Notes under the pieces: model-generated | Databases searched by the model: none | Told to the model about the DNA's origin: nothing | The model's input: the letters and a program-made list of their open reading frames with translations, nothing else | Part shown: one piece after another, positions 12,295 to 26,131 of the stretch | How positions within the stretch are numbered: position 1 is the stretch's first letter | Layout of the letters: every line of letters starts with the position of its first letter | Translations under genes and position numbers: made by a program | Origin: Octopus sinensis | Lineage: Eukaryota | Direction of reading: 5' to 3' | Assembly (NCBI RefSeq): GCF_006345805.1 | Contig: NC_043006.1 | Coordinates: 100,998,001-101,062,000 of the forward strand | Length of the DNA stretch: 64,000 bases

Positions 12295-12685
12295 TTACTT
12301 GTTTCAGTAATTTGACTGCGGCCATGGTGGAGCACCACCTTTAGTCGAGCAAATCGACCCCGGGACTTATTCTTTGTAAGCCCAGTACTTATTCTATCGG
12401 TCACTTTTTGCCGAACCGCTAAGTGACGGGGACGTAAACACACCAGCATCGGTTGTCAAGCGATGGTGGGGGGACAAACAAAGACACACATATACACACA
12501 CATACATATATATATATACATATATACGACAGGCTTCTTTCAGTTTCCGTCTACCAAATTCACTCACAAGGCATTGGTCGGCCCGAGGCTATAGCAGAAG
12601 ACACTTGCCCAAGATGCCTCGCAGTGGGACTGAACCCGGACCCATGTGGCTGGTTAGCAAGCTACTTACCACACAGCCACTCCTG
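12295..12685 (-). mobile_element. SINE family A, full length
   Basis: Head (minus strand) CAGGAGTGGCTGTGTGGTAAG...GGGTTCAGTCCC, central (TA)/(TG) microsatellite, tail ACTGAAACAAGTAAAA. Confidence 0.9.
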
Positions 12686-13214
12686 TAACATTCCATTAAA
12701 TAATAAATGTACAACCAAATGAGAAATGAACAAACAAGAAATGACTATGCAATGCAGAAAGAGAACATAGAAATATGTGATTCAAGACAAGACAATTCGT
12801 GGATGGATGAGGGACAAAGATGAGTTCACAAGAGTTTCATACAACGGCTATTCCTTCCTCTCTCTCTTCCTTTCACTCTTCCCTCTTTCTTTTTCTCTCT
12901 CTCTCTCTCTCTCCTCTTCCTTCTCTACACTTTCTGTGCTGTTATCTGTTCCTGTCTTTTACCTTCCTCCTCTGCTCTCTGTGCCGCTCTCTGCCCTCTA
13001 CCACTTTTCTCACTCCTACTACTGACAAGTGACCTGTAGTCATTGTGTTCTCTCCTTCTTTTTCACACGGACTGTCAAAACAACCAGTCGTATTTCTTCA
13101 CATCTACCCCTCACATCACATTTCACTGTCCCTCTGTTAATCCTTTTGAGACATTTTTTTTTTGGAAAAGGCTATCAAGCTACAACAGTTTAACATGAGT
13201 ATTTATAGACAACA

Positions 13215-13607
13215 AGGAAGGAAGGAAGCACTCCGTTGGTTACGACGACGAGGGTTCCGGTTGATCCGAATCAACGGAACAGCCTGCTCGTGAAATTAAC
13301 GTGTAAGTGGCTGAGCACTCCACAGACACGTGTACCCTTAACGTAGTTCTCGGGGATATTCAGCATGACACAGAGAGTGACAAGGCCGGCCCTTTGAAAT
13401 ACAGGTACAACAGAAACAGGAAGTAAGAGTGAGAGAAAGTTGTGGTGAAAGAATACAGCAGGGATCACCACCATCCCCTGCCAGAGCCTCGTGGAGCTTT
13501 AGGTGTTTTCGCTCAATAAACACTCACAACGCCCGGTCTGGGAATCGAAACCGCAATCCTATGACCGCGAGTCCGCTGCCCTAACCACTGGGCCATTGCG
13601 CCTCCAC
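13215..13607 (-). mobile_element. tRNA-headed SINE (family D) with a 14-bp TSD
   Basis: Minus-strand head GTGGAGGCGCAATGGCCCAGTGGTTAGG...GGTTTCGATTCCC, (TTCC)n tail. TSD ATTTATAGACAACA at 13201-13214 and 13608-13621. Confidence 0.92.
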
Positions 13608-14199
13608 ATTTATAGACAACAGCTTCAAAAAATATATAACTTATCTACCCAAATTACAAATTTAAGCTTGTTTTTATAATCATTGGTGCAGTTGATTATG
13701 TTACTAAGTGATTCAATAATTGTTTAGAAAATCTTTTACTTTAGACTCAAAAAGCTGACAATGTAATATATATCCTACAAATTCAGTCATGAAAGGAACA
13801 GTAAAAATATGCTAAACCTTTAAAAGTTTAAAATGTCACTTTTTATTGTTTCTGTTTGCTAAACTTTAAACTGTAACATATATGAATTAAATATAGAGAT
13901 ATTCTATTGACAATCCAATAATTTATTTATATTACAATATTACATTAAATACTATGAATATATTTAACATAACATACTATTATATAAACAATTATAAAAG
14001 CCATAGAAAGCCAACAAATTGTTTCAATATGCATAACCATAGTTCCATTATATATAAGTTACTTTAGCCATCCTTTCACATGGGATTTTTTTTTCTGGGC
14101 CAAGGACCCTGAAGTGACTTCTATATAATGGAACTGTGATTATATATATATCAGAAAAAATATATAAAATATATAACACCGCTTTTATATGCTCAACAC

Positions 14200-16068
14200 G
14201 CTGATCACACGAATTGCTTTTAATCAATATCATCCAGGTGTGGAATTGCGAATTGACAGTCCAGCAACATTGCATCCTTAACCTGTTGAAATATTGCAGG
14301 TGCGACCTTCAAACCAAAAGACAATCTATTATATTTGTACAAACTTCTGTGTATATTTACTGTTAGAAGCTTTGAGCATTCCTCGGCAACCTTTATTTGC
14401 AGATACACCTCAGACAAATCCAATTTCGAGAATATTTTGCCACCATTTGATTTTGCAATAATATTCTCGGGAATAGGAAGTGGACAGTGACATGTCTTTA
14501 AACCGTCATTCAGACCCATAGAAAAATCAGCACACAGCTGCCCATTTAGAGTAATCCACCTTTTTAAGGATTCCACATTTGTCCAGTCTGTCTATTTCTT
14601 CATCTATGTTTTTTTTTTTAATTGCAGCGAACGGTACTTTTCTATTGGATTTGAATACTGGCACAGCATTTTCCCTTAACTGAAAACATACTTCAGTCTT
14701 TTTACATAGACCTAACTCATCTGATAGTACTTGAAATATCTTTTTTTGATTTTCGCTTCAATTCCTCAGACGGCTTATTTTTAGAGGGACAGCTATTTAT
14801 GTTTTTGCAGTAGAGACTCATGGCGAAATTCCATAAGTCAAATAACTCCAACTAGTTGGTACTAAACAGATTGATTGCATTCTTCACAATGAAAACTTTC
14901 CTTTTGCAAGTTTTTCCTCGAAATGTGACCTCATTCCACATTTTGCCTACAAAATGTAGTTTGTTACCCATCACGCCAATTGCAGTTTTCGTTGTTTTTC
15001 TAAAACATAGATTCCCTATTTTCTTCCAAGTGTTGATGTTAATGATTGAAATGTCACTGCCAGCATCCAGTTCAAATTTGATATTTACTCCGTTTACTTT
15101 TACATGTACAAATTTCCTTATTTGGGAATCGATTTTACTTTCTGCTGACAGCACTTTAGAATTTTTTACATTTGACCTTCGTACTTTTGTTTTGCAGTGT
15201 AAATTCTTGTGTTCAAATTTTTGACAATGATAACATTTTTGGTTCTTAAATGGACAATCTTTTCTGAAATGTAGGACCCCACATCCATAACATGGATTAG
15301 GACCTAGCAACCTTCTTTGGTTATACTTTTTCAGTTGACACATCTGTATTTTTGCGAAATCCTTTTCTTGAATCTTTCTTACGTCTTATTTCAGGTTCAT
15401 CATCCTTTGATACTCTTCTGCAACAGTCTGCAGGGTTAAATCTTGGTTCACTTGAAAGAATTATTGCCCATATTTCTGTATCTTCATTTGCTGTAAGGCC
15501 TTGTAGAAAAATGAGGCACTTAGCCATCTCAGGAGTAAGTTCTTTAAGTTTAAAACTTCCACACATTCTGCTGACTGTTCCAGCATACGTAATAAAGTCA
15601 TCATCCTCTTTTTTAGTTAAACTCCAACACTCCATTCGAGTGTTAAATAGAGAAGTTTTATCACCGAACATGTTAGACAATAATTTGACTGTTTCCTGAA
15701 AACAAATTTGACTTTGGTTTTTGAGCAATATGAAATTACAGTATCATTCATGCTTGGACAGAGTTAATTTACATATTAACAACCTTACTTTTTCTTTGTC
15801 TGACCATGTTTTGCAATCTTCCTTAAAAATCTTTTCTTACTTTCTGTAGTATGCTGAAAAAGTTATGCCCTGCTCCAGGTTATAACTGAATTCTGTTATG
15901 GATTTCGATACGCCATCTGGCGAAAACGAATTTACTGCAGTTTTGGACTTCTTTGCGTATAACCCCAATAGCTGTTGCTGTACTAGTTACTTCTGCAACT
16001 CCTGTTGCAGTTCTTGTTGCTTTTGCAACCGTATTATAGAAACTAATAAGTCGTCTATCATTTAACAA
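14200..16068 (-). mobile_element. Ty3/gypsy LTR retrotransposon fragment (gag, zinc knuckles, protease, partial RT), Mag-like
   Basis: Gag segment (LFNTRMECWSLTKKEDDDFITYAGTV), tandem knuckles CYGCGVLHFRKDC and CYHCQKFEHKNLHC, protease FELDAGSDISII, RT KIFSKLDLSEVYLQI...YNRLSFGLKVAPAIFQQ...HLDDI. Many stops; truncated before RNase H and integrase; no LTR identified. Confidence 0.92.
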
Positions 16069-18429
16069 GTTGCATCATGAACAAATTGCTAAATAACCTA
16101 CGTGAGCTTCAAAACCCTCGTTATATCCTCCATCTCCAAATGTCATGGTACTGCCACAATATAGGGAGAGATGGTTTAGATATACTCTACCAGTGTAGTA
16201 CAGTAAACAAGATAACAATCAGCGGTAATAGCAACGTAACGATTCCACAATTTCTTCATGAACCAAAAATCTATATTCCAAACGAAATAACCAACCAACA
16301 CCTTCCGATTTCATTGTGAACTCAAAGCAAACTAACACACAAACTTCACTCCAACTGCTATTATCCAGTCTATTTCTCATAAATGGGCATCATGAGTCTT
16401 ATCAAAACAGAGACAAACACCAGTATTCCGTGTTGCAGGTTTGATAATTGTTGAGAGATTTCTCTCTTAGCATGAAACCAATGGTCTTAAATCACAAAAA
16501 ACTATATATGTGTGTGTGGTGGGTATATATATATGTGTATATATTTATAAAGTCACAAATGGCAGGGAAATAGTTTGATGAAATTTTATTTAACAATATG
16601 AAAATTCGAATATCATGACAAATTGTTTCATTACTTAAGAACATGTAAATAATTTATATTATTTTATTAAATAATAAATTAATTACTTACATACCTGCAA
16701 TAATGCAAAATACAAAAACTCCTTCAAAATGATGCAGAATTTAAGCTACACCTCAGATGAAAGAAAGTCTTTGTTGAATAGTAGATCCTCGATATAACAT
16801 TCCTATATATCTAATATTTTATAGAATGATACATTAAGGAATTTTTTTAATGAGTATTACCAGATTACTTGAATCCATATATTGTGACTTACATATATAT
16901 ATATATGACAGTCTTCCATGCAGTTTCTGTCTACCAAATTCACTTGCAAGGCATTGGTTGGCCAGGGGCCATAGAAGGTACTTTGCAGTAGGACTGAACT
17001 ATACAGTTGCAAAGTGAGTTTGTTCACCACAGAGCCACAGAACAACAATTATAGTAAATCCAATCAAATCAAGCAAATATAATGGTAAAATGTTCCACTG
17101 GCTACAAGGACAATCTTCATAATTTAAATTATGCATTTTTTTCCAATGTTATAGTCAGAAGGAAAGATAGTGGTCATAACCATTTACAAGACCTTGAAGA
17201 CTGGTAGGAATAAAGGGAAAATGTATCTTCAAACTAGAAACTTGACTGGTATGCTTGTTACAAAACGGACACTACTAAAATACCCAAGGGCCAGATAACA
17301 GTGCTTAATTGGGTGATGAATTAAGTCTACCACCTAAGTGAGCCATGGTAGTATTTGAACTCAGAATACAAAGAATTGGCACAAATACTGCTAGGCATCT
17401 CATCAAGTAATCTTAGTATTCCAGTAATCCACTAACCAGGAATGATACATTTCCATCAACCACCAACACCATCCATCCCACAGCCAAACCATGAAGTTCA
17501 AAGTTGCCTTCCGTGGAATTTGAACTCAAAGCACAGGTAATCACAAGGAATAGTACAAGGTATACCATCGAAACACTCTAACAATTTTGCCAATTTGCTG
17601 CTTTTAGCAGACAAATTTAGACATTATAATTCAAAGCTAAAAATACAAGAACTTCAGTTTCATTCTTGAGCCTAACGATCGAAAAGACAGAACTAGTGTA
17701 CTGAGACTTAGATAAACAGAATAATATTAGGTTTTATAATGTATGTATACCACATATGACTAATAATATTCTGAATAAAATATTTTATTCATCACTTGTC
17801 AGTGAATTCTTTAGAAATGCAAGCTCTACAATAAATAGATTTCGTATCCAAAACATGGAATGCACTTAGGCAAATGAAAAATGAAAGATATAATATACAT
17901 AATTCTCAAACAAAATCATAAAATGGTATCAGAATACTTTTAATCAATTTCAGATAACTTATGGCAAACTCATAAAATTATGTATAGAATCTGATTAAAT
18001 TCTCAAATATCTCTTTGTAATATATAACAAACTTTACTCAAGGAATAGCCTGGAGTAGTAAAAGATTAATCTAACAAATTGAGTAATAAATGAAAGATTT
18101 GGCAAATACTTCAGCCAAGTTTTTAATAGAAGATAAAAGTCTTTATTATAAGTAAATGGATAAATAAATTTATTTTGCTATAAAATATGAGAGCAGGGCT
18201 AATTGAGAGTCAGACAGGGTGTTGGCAGTTCGTATCTTACTGCTGACAGCATGATATATCCTTGGCAATGATGCATACAACTCAATGGCCCAATTTCCTT
18301 AATTGCATATTTGTGTAATTCACTACAAAGTTTTATAATTTACAACACAGGGATCTAATTAACTACACAGTGTTATAATTCATCATACAATGGGATAATA
18401 TACTACACAGCACCATAATTCACAATGCA

Positions 18430-18637
18430 CGCCAGGCAGAATGCTTAGCAGTATTTCGTCTACCATTACATTCTGAGTTCAAATTCCACCAAGGTCAACT
18501 TTGCCTTTCATCCTTTCAGGGTCGATAAATTAAGTACCAGTTACGCACTGGGGTCGATATAATCGACTTAATCCGTCTGTCTGTCCTTGTTTGCCTCCTC
18601 TGTGTTTAGCCCCTTGTGGGTAGTAAAGAAATAGGTA
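18430..18637 (+). mobile_element. SINE family B, 5'-eroded
   Basis: Core and tail as in 5137-5369. Confidence 0.85.
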
Positions 18638-19088
18638 TTATAATTCACTCTAGAACGGTATAATTAATAGACAACTCAGTGATATAATTCACCCCACATT
18701 GCTATAATTCACTACACAGTGGTATAATTCACGTAATTCACAGTACAGTGGTATATCACACTACAACAAAAAGCATCAAAGGTCCTTCCAGAACCATTGT
18801 CTCATAAAGCCAGTTTCCCAGATTCTTTTGCATATATACTCCCAAGATTACTCATCTTTTGCCTACTGAGTGAACTGGAGCAACCTGAAATAAAGTGCTC
18901 TGCTCAAAAACACAATGCATTTCCCAGTCCAGGAACAAAGCCACAATCTTATGATAAAACGTGCAACACAATAATCACTAAGCCATACACCTCCACATGA
19001 TTCACTGCAGAATAGGGCAAGTCATTACACAGTGGTATAATTCTCTACAAAACAGTCACAATGGTACAACAACAGTGGTATAATTCAC

Positions 19089-19316
19089 GGCGAGCTGGCA
19101 GAACCGTTAGCACATCGGACGAAATGCTTAGCGGTATTTCGTCTGCCATTATGTTGTGAGTTCAAATTCTGCCGAGGTCAACTTTGCCTTTCATCCTTTC
19201 GGGGTCGATAAATTAAGTACCAGTTACGCACTGGGGTCGATGTAATCGACTTAATCCGTTTGCCTGTCCTTGTTTGTCCCCTCTGTGTTTAGCCCCTTGT
19301 GGGTAATAAAGAAATA
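19089..19316 (+). mobile_element. SINE family B, full length
   Basis: Complete head, core and tail. GGTATAATTCAC on both sides (19077-19088, 19317-19328) is a possible TSD but lies within the minisatellite. Confidence 0.9.
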
Positions 19317-19755
19317 GGTATAATTCACTATACAGTGGTATGATTCACTACGCAGCGATATAATTCACTAACAGTGGTATAATACACTACACACTGGCAT
19401 AATTCACTACACAGTGGTATAATTCACAACAGAATGGTATAATCTACTACACAATGGTTTATTCACTAAACAGTGGCATAGTTCATTAAACAGTGGTGTA
19501 ATACACTACACAATCCGATGACAATGATGATGATTATGATGATCAGAAACCCTGAGAGCCATTGTCTGGTACTGCATCAAGGCTTTTGGCTTTTGTTGTT
19601 GTTGTTGCTGTTTTGTTTTACATGAGTTGTCCCAAGTCATACCAAGAGATTCCAAATAACAGCAAGCTGGATGTTTTATTGTTCTTGCTATTTACGATTA
19701 GCAATGATATATTATCGAGGAAGGAGACCAAATATGGAGAATTATGATTTTGTTA

Positions 19756-20175
19756 ACTCTTACTCTTTTTACTCTTTTACTTGTTTCAGTCATTTGACTG
19801 CAGCCATGCTGGAGCACCGCCTTTAGTCAAGCAAATCGACCCCGGGACTTATTCTTTTGTAAGCCCAGTACTTATTCTATTGGTCTCTTTTGCCGAACCG
19901 CTAAGTGACGGGGACGTAAACACACCAGCATCGGTTGTCAAGCAATGCTAGGGGGACAAACACAGACACACAAAAACACACACACATACACACATATATA
20001 TATACATATATACGACAGGCTTCTTTCAGTTTCCGTCTACCAAATCCACTCACAAGGCATTGGTCGGCCCGGGGCTATAGCAGAAGTCACTTGCCCAAGA
20101 TGCCACGCAGTGGGACTGAACCCAGAACCATGTGGTTGGTTAGCAAGCTACTTACCACACAGCCACTCCTGCGCC
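19756..20175 (-). mobile_element. SINE family A, full length
   Basis: Matches the other A copies; (AAAAGAGT)n-like tail. Confidence 0.9.
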
Positions 20176-20564
20176 TGTTAAATTTGTAATATTTGCAATT
20201 TTGAAAGACTTTTAAGAAAATTGGGTATTTTTAGGTTGACCATGTTTTTCTTAATATGTACGCAGTACCATGTGGTCAATTTTTTGCAGTTCTGACACTT
20301 TTGAGTTTTCTGGTATTTGGCCACAGTGTTTAAGAGCACCATTTAGTATTATCCCCAAAGCTCAAATGATCACAGGTACAGACATCGTTTTCACCTGTCA
20401 CATTATTGATCCCTCTCTACAAACTGATGCAAAACAATACTAGGAAGAGTTTGCAATCCCCCAACAGTAAAAACAGAACAACCCAATGCTACCCCACCAG
20501 CAACCCGGAGGTGTAACAGGAGATGCAGTACAAATTTCCCTGAAACTAGCAAAAGTTGACACAA

Positions 20565-20756
20565 TGATCATGATGATGATGAAGATGATGAAGATGATGA
20601 TGATGATGATGATGATAAACATTGTACTATTACTAAGACCTTTAAGAAGAAAACACTAGTGATAATGATGATTGGTAGTGACAATGATGACGAGGACAAC
20701 GATGATGATGATGATGATGACGACGACGACGACGACGACGATGATGATGATGATGG

Positions 20757-20791
<35 letters not shown>

Positions 20792-20800
20792 GCAACAGCA
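20565..20800. repeat. (GAT)n/(GAC)n trinucleotide array
   Basis: Direct reading. Confidence 0.9.
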
Positions 20801-21290
20801 ATAATGGTGATGAGAAAATAATAAATAAACAAATAAATGAATAAATAAACACTAGGGTGAAAAGATGATAATAATTTGGAGTGGAGGAGAATGGTAGGTG
20901 AAGTGAGAAGTGAGTGGCAATTAAATTGCAGGGCCTACCCATGGGGATTGTTGCGGTAAATAATGATGGAGATAATAAAATTGTTATTTCGTATGCATTC
21001 CAGTGGAGCCTGTTAGAATGAGCTGACAAAGAATGGACACATAACAAAGCATATATCAGTAACCCTTGACCTCATATGTTGAGCAATGGAAGGAGGAGGA
21101 GGAGGAGAAGGAATGGAAAATATAATAAAGGTAAGAACATTTAAAACATTGAATGAAATGTAAACAAAAAAGAAAACACAAAGTTTGTTAAAAAAAATGG
21201 ACAAATAAAATAAAATGAAATTTTAGCAGCATTAAGAACAAAGAGCTTATTTGTTAATTAGTTAGGTTAATTAAAACTGTGGCGGTATAT

Positions 21291-21830
21291 GCCTTGTGCG
21301 TGGATTTGGTAGACGGAAACTGAAAGAAGCCTGTCGTATATATGTATTATATATATATGTGTGTGTGTGTAGGTTTGTGTGTCTGTGTTTGTCCCCCTAG
21401 CATTGCTTGACAACCGATGCTGGTGTGTTTACGTCTCCGTCACCTAGCGGTTCGACAAAAGAGACCGATAGAATAAGTACTGGGCTTACAAAGAATAAGT
21501 CCCGGGGTCGATTTGCTCGACTAAAGGCGGTGCTCCAGTATGGCCGCAGTCAAATGACTGAAACAAGTAAAAGAATAAAAGAATAAAAGAATAAAAGAAT
21601 AAAAGAATATGGCTTAGTGGTTAGAGCGTTGGACTCACAATTGTAAGATTGTGTTTTCATTCCTTCGACTCAGCAATCCATTGTGCTCTTGAGCAAAATA
21701 CTTCATTTTGGGTTGCTCCCGTCCATTCAGCTGCAGAGATGAGTTTAGCCTAGAGATGGATGGGCTCCACCAGGCTTTGTTGCCCTAGGTACACTGCATG
21801 GCTGTAGTGCCCCAACAACCCCCATGGGGT
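21291..21830 (+). mobile_element. 5'-truncated SINE A (21291-21607) followed by a degenerate SINE C (21608-21830)
   Basis: A body with an expanded (AAAAGAAT)n tail, then TGGCTTAGTGGTTAGAGC...CTCTTGAGCAAAATACTTCATT. Confidence 0.8.
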
Positions 21831-22024
21831 TAATTGTCAATTAAAACTCCTGTATTGAACAGTGGTGAGTTAGTAATGCAAGAGCAAAATGGCAGGAATG
21901 AGGGAGCTGAGGAGACAAATATTCTGAGCCATGTAGGGCCACAAAACTGCAAGTATCTGAAGTTTAAGGTGTAAACTGAGGAATGAAGGGATGTGGAAAA
22001 AGAACCTACACTGTGATTACAAAA

Positions 22025-24090
22025 TGCTTTTGAGGTATGACAAAAGCTTTTGATAGCCTATCACATAGCTGGATTAAGAAATTCCGGAAATGTATAAAAT
22101 AGCTCCTATTCTGTCAGTAAATATGAGATCATGGAGAACCACACTGACTTTGAACAGTGACAATGAATCTCTAAATGCTGGAGATGTAAGAATTTCATGT
22201 GGCATTTTCCAGGGTGACTCACTATCACCACTCCTCTTTTGTCTAGCCTTAATACCTCTCTCAAAATGATGCATGGTATGGTTACAAAATGTTTGATAAA
22301 AATATTAGTCAGCTCATTTACATGGATGATTTAAAGTTATTTGCAAAAAATGACCAACAACTCAAGGGCTTACTAGCGATTATTAAACAATTCAGTGATG
22401 ACATCAGGATGCAATTTGACTTTGATAAATGTGCAAAAACTACCTTTATCAAAGGAAAATTGACAGAAACATCTAACGTTAACCGTGACCAGCAGAATGT
22501 CATAAAAGAGTTAGAACCAGCGGAGAGCTACAAACACCTAGGGGTAATTGAAGGGGGTGGAATCAAAGTGATGAGGGAAAGGATCAGAAGAGAATGATAT
22601 TGCACGGTGAGAGCAGTACTCAAGAGAGAGAGATGAATGCAAGGAACTGGATCGAAGCGATCAATGCTTTAGCCATACCAGTCGTGACTTACAGTTTCAA
22701 TATCGTTAACTGGTCAATTACTGAAATATGTAATCTTGACAGAAAAATACGGAAAATGTTGACAATGCATAGAATGCACCACCCTAAGGCAGATATAGAA
22801 CGACTTTATCTGTCAAGAAAAGAGGGAGGCCGTGGACTTTTACAACTGGCATTAACAATCAAAATTGCTACAATTGGCTTAGACACCTACCTGAAAAACT
22901 CTGAGGACTGGATGTTAAAACTTGTCTCAAAACATGAAAACAAGAAAGCATCATGCTCAGTAACAAAACAGATAAAGGAATATCTTAGTGAATTCCGAAT
23001 ACAACAAATTCCAGAATGAGACGTACAAGAAACAAGCACAGAAAAAGCTAAGCGCGTGAAAACCCGTGCCAAAACTGCTGCCTTAGATATTCTGACTGAT
23101 AAACAGCAAAAAAAAACTCTCAATGGTAAATACCCAAAGAGAGCAAATAATGCAGATGTTGACAAAGCCCTGACCCATCAATGGCTAATGGCTTCTGGCT
23201 TAAAATCAGAAACAGAAGGGTTTATCATAGCAGCTCAAGATCAATGCCTACCAACAAGATACTACCAGGCCAACATATTAAAGATCAGAAGCAGTCCAAC
23301 GTGTCGTGTATGCCAGCAACAAAATGAAACCATTGACCATGTGGTCTCCAAGTGCAGTCTTCTAGCGCCTACAGAGTATCTCAACAGGTATGATAGAGCT
23401 GCACAATATATTCACTGGTTAATTTGCAAAAACCTGGATTTGCCCCATGAAAAAACTGGTGGGAACACAATCCACCTCCAGTGCTTGAAAATGACCACAT
23501 CTCACTACTCTGGAACTTCACCATTCAAACTGGCAGAAAGATAGATGCAAATAGGCCAAACATCATATTGAAAGACTTCAGACAAAGAACATGCCTCCTC
23601 ATTGATATGACTGTCCCAATCGATATAAATGTATCTGTCAAGACCTACCAAAAACAGAGCAAATATAAAGATCTTGAAATAGAAATTAGCAAAATGTGGA
23701 ACCTGAAGACCAAAACAATACCTGTTGTCATAGGTGCCCTGGGAATGATAGCAAAAGGGGCTGATTGCTACCTAACTCAGATACCAGGAAACCCTAAAAT
23801 GGCAGAAATTCAAAAGATAATGCTTATGGAAACTGCTCATATCCTACACAAAATACTTTCTATGTTATCTCAAGTCTTAAAACAAACATAATTTTCTTAT
23901 GGTTTCTTAAACATTCACTAGTACAACACTAAGTACAAAACCAAATATATGGCACACTAGGCATAACACCAACATGAACTTCCAACTTGAGGTTTCTGGG
24001 TGAGACTTGGACCCAACTTGTACAAATGTAAAGCAAAAGTCAAACATAAAATAATAATAATAATAATAATGATAATAATAATAATAATAA
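22025..24090 (+). mobile_element. R4/Dong-type non-LTR retrotransposon (RT + CCHC + restriction-like endonuclease), 5'-truncated and decayed
   Basis: KAFDSLSHSWI, GIFQGDSLSPLLF, LIYMDDLKLFAKN, CRVCQQQNETIDHVVSKC and RLE motifs LLWNFTIQT...RPNIIL...LLIDMTVP...KYKDL...IPVVIGALG. The 3' UTR ends near 24049 in (TAA)n. Confidence 0.92.
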
Positions 24091-25777
24091 CAACAACAAC
24101 AACAACACTATAGGAACGAGGAAGTAAAGGAGTGAAACTTTCAAAACAATTGAGTAATCCATCCTCAAGCATAAAGACTGATACATTGTGGTTAGAGATA
24201 TGAAAAATAATGTTTATAAGTGATTGAAATTAACAACTGAAGGTTTGTAAACTGATCATATTAGAAAAAATATTAAGAGTAAACCTTGAAGGGTTGTGAA
24301 GAGTAACATTATAAAACCTTCTGGTAAAAGGTTAATCAGTACAGGAAGGGTTAACATGCTCATCAACCCATTATAGAAGTTCAAGGAGATTAAAAAATAG
24401 AAGTAAGAGGTTCATAGAATAAAATAATATGACTTGATATATTGATATACTAAGAGGAGTGTGTAAAAACTGTGGTGTAAAAATGGAGTAGAATATAAGA
24501 AATAATCCGATACAAATATGTCAATATAAAAAACCAGGTTTAAATGTATATAAAGGGAAAAGTGGAAAATACACAACTGCACATATGAAAATCCATATGA
24601 ATAAAATATTAAAAAATATAAGAACCATCCAAATATGAAGCAAAATTAAAATAAAGAAATATGAACAAATTTTTTTAAAAAAAGAAGCAATGTTAGAAAA
24701 TAGAATTCATAGAAAATTCCAGAAAAAATACAAAGTTGTCATATGATAAGAGCAGTATTTATGTGTGGGATTAAAAATATGTGTATAAGGAATAATGATA
24801 GTGCTTAATGGTATAGATTTTCAAATGATCACTATCAGATGAAAGATCAAATCAGGAATGTATGTATAACCTTAGTTCTCATAAGTTAGACATAGATTAT
24901 GACTAATACTATTTAATTTAACAAACCTGTAAGGTTTTCTCTAAGTATTTTTTCTAATAAGATCAGTTTAGTTGAGTGGGGGGTTGTAATATTGCAAATT
25001 GATTTTAAATTTTAAGATACTAATAGAATTTAGTTGATGGAATTCAATGTACACCATGAGATAAAATCTTTGGCAAATGAAAATTATAATCTAATAAAAA
25101 TTTTGTTACCTTTGTTTACCAGATTAACCCTATTATGATTTCAAGTTCCTCAAGTTAGCACAGTGTGCACCATCACCCCCCACCACCATCAATGTAGGGA
25201 GAAGTGATTATGATCACAGGCCAAGAAATTTTATATTTTTAAAGTCCCATATCAATTCAGACAAGGATGTACGTTTGCAGTTACCTGGCTTCTTAAATGA
25301 GTGGGCATGATTGTAAAACCTCTGTTTAAATTGAGACAATATAGACGCTATATAATGAAAGGTTTCTGTATTACAGGCAACACTCACTTATAAATTAAGT
25401 TTACTTGCAAGCACTGATTAGCTAGTAGCCATTCAGTAGGGATTCTACAATTACATGGAGTAGGGGTAGCAAGTAGCTCATTAGACAAGGTATCATTATC
25501 AATTATGGATTCCACCTTAGTCCACATGGAGGTGCCATGACATGGTACTTATGCGTAAGGGTAAAAAACTTAGCAAATTCATTAAAAAAGACACCTGGTA
25601 CATCTAATCTGTGTGTGTGTGCATGTGTGTGTGCGTGTTGTGTGTGTGTGTGTGTCTTTTGTATATATATCTTTTATCTTTTTCTTGGTTCAGTCATTTG
25701 ACTGCAGCAATGCATAGACTGTTGGTGATTTTTTTCCTCCTTCTTCCTTCTTTTCCTTTGGACTTCACAGTTTTTCC

Positions 25778-25814
25778 TGTTTCCAAAGAAGGGTTATGCA
25801 TAAAACATAAAACA
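25778..25814 (+). ncRNA. Dead hammerhead-like motif (same layout as 12068)
   Basis: TGTTT-CCAAAGA-A-GGGTTATGCAT-AAAA-CAT-A-AAACA: stem I and spacing retained, core and stem II mutated. Confidence 0.3.
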
Positions 25815-25922
25815 ACTACTCTCTTCTTTCTCTGAGTATCATTCTAATACATTGCTTGTGCTACGTCCCCACATTTGTTTGCTTTTTCTCTTATCTATGT
25901 TTCTTTGATTGACTATATATAT

Positions 25923-26085
25923 AGGAGGAGTGGCTGTGTGGTAAGTAGCTTGCTAACCAACCACATGGTTCCAGGTTCAGTCCCACTGCGTGGCATCTTG
26001 GGCAAGTGTCTTCTGCTATAGCCCCGGGCCGACCAATGCCTTGTGAGTGGATTTGGTAGACGGAAACTGAAAGAAGCCTGTTGTA

Positions 26086-26131
<46 letters not shown>

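Larger units (their letters stand above)
18310..19515. repeat. Degenerate ~20-bp minisatellite (AATTCACTACACAGTGGTAT), interrupted by SINEs
   Basis: Units visible at 18310-18430, 18636-18770, 19020-19088 and 19317-19515. Confidence 0.8.

Noticed and set aside
13500-13607. tRNA-like A and B boxes here and in other SINE heads
   Set aside because: No complete cloverleaf; they continue into SINE bodies and have TSDs or tails.
16077-16319. 80-aa ORF upstream of gypsy gag; possible LTR or integrase zinc-finger remnant
   Set aside because: No convincing motif, no TG...CA boundaries and no second LTR.
20395-21005. Two minus-strand exon-like segments with AG/GT signals
   Set aside because: Weak signals; frames close with stops or give unrecognisable peptides.
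24120-25150. Possible nuclear mitochondrial insertion
   Set aside because: AT-rich, but no mitochondrial gene, tRNA or rRNA motif was recognisable.
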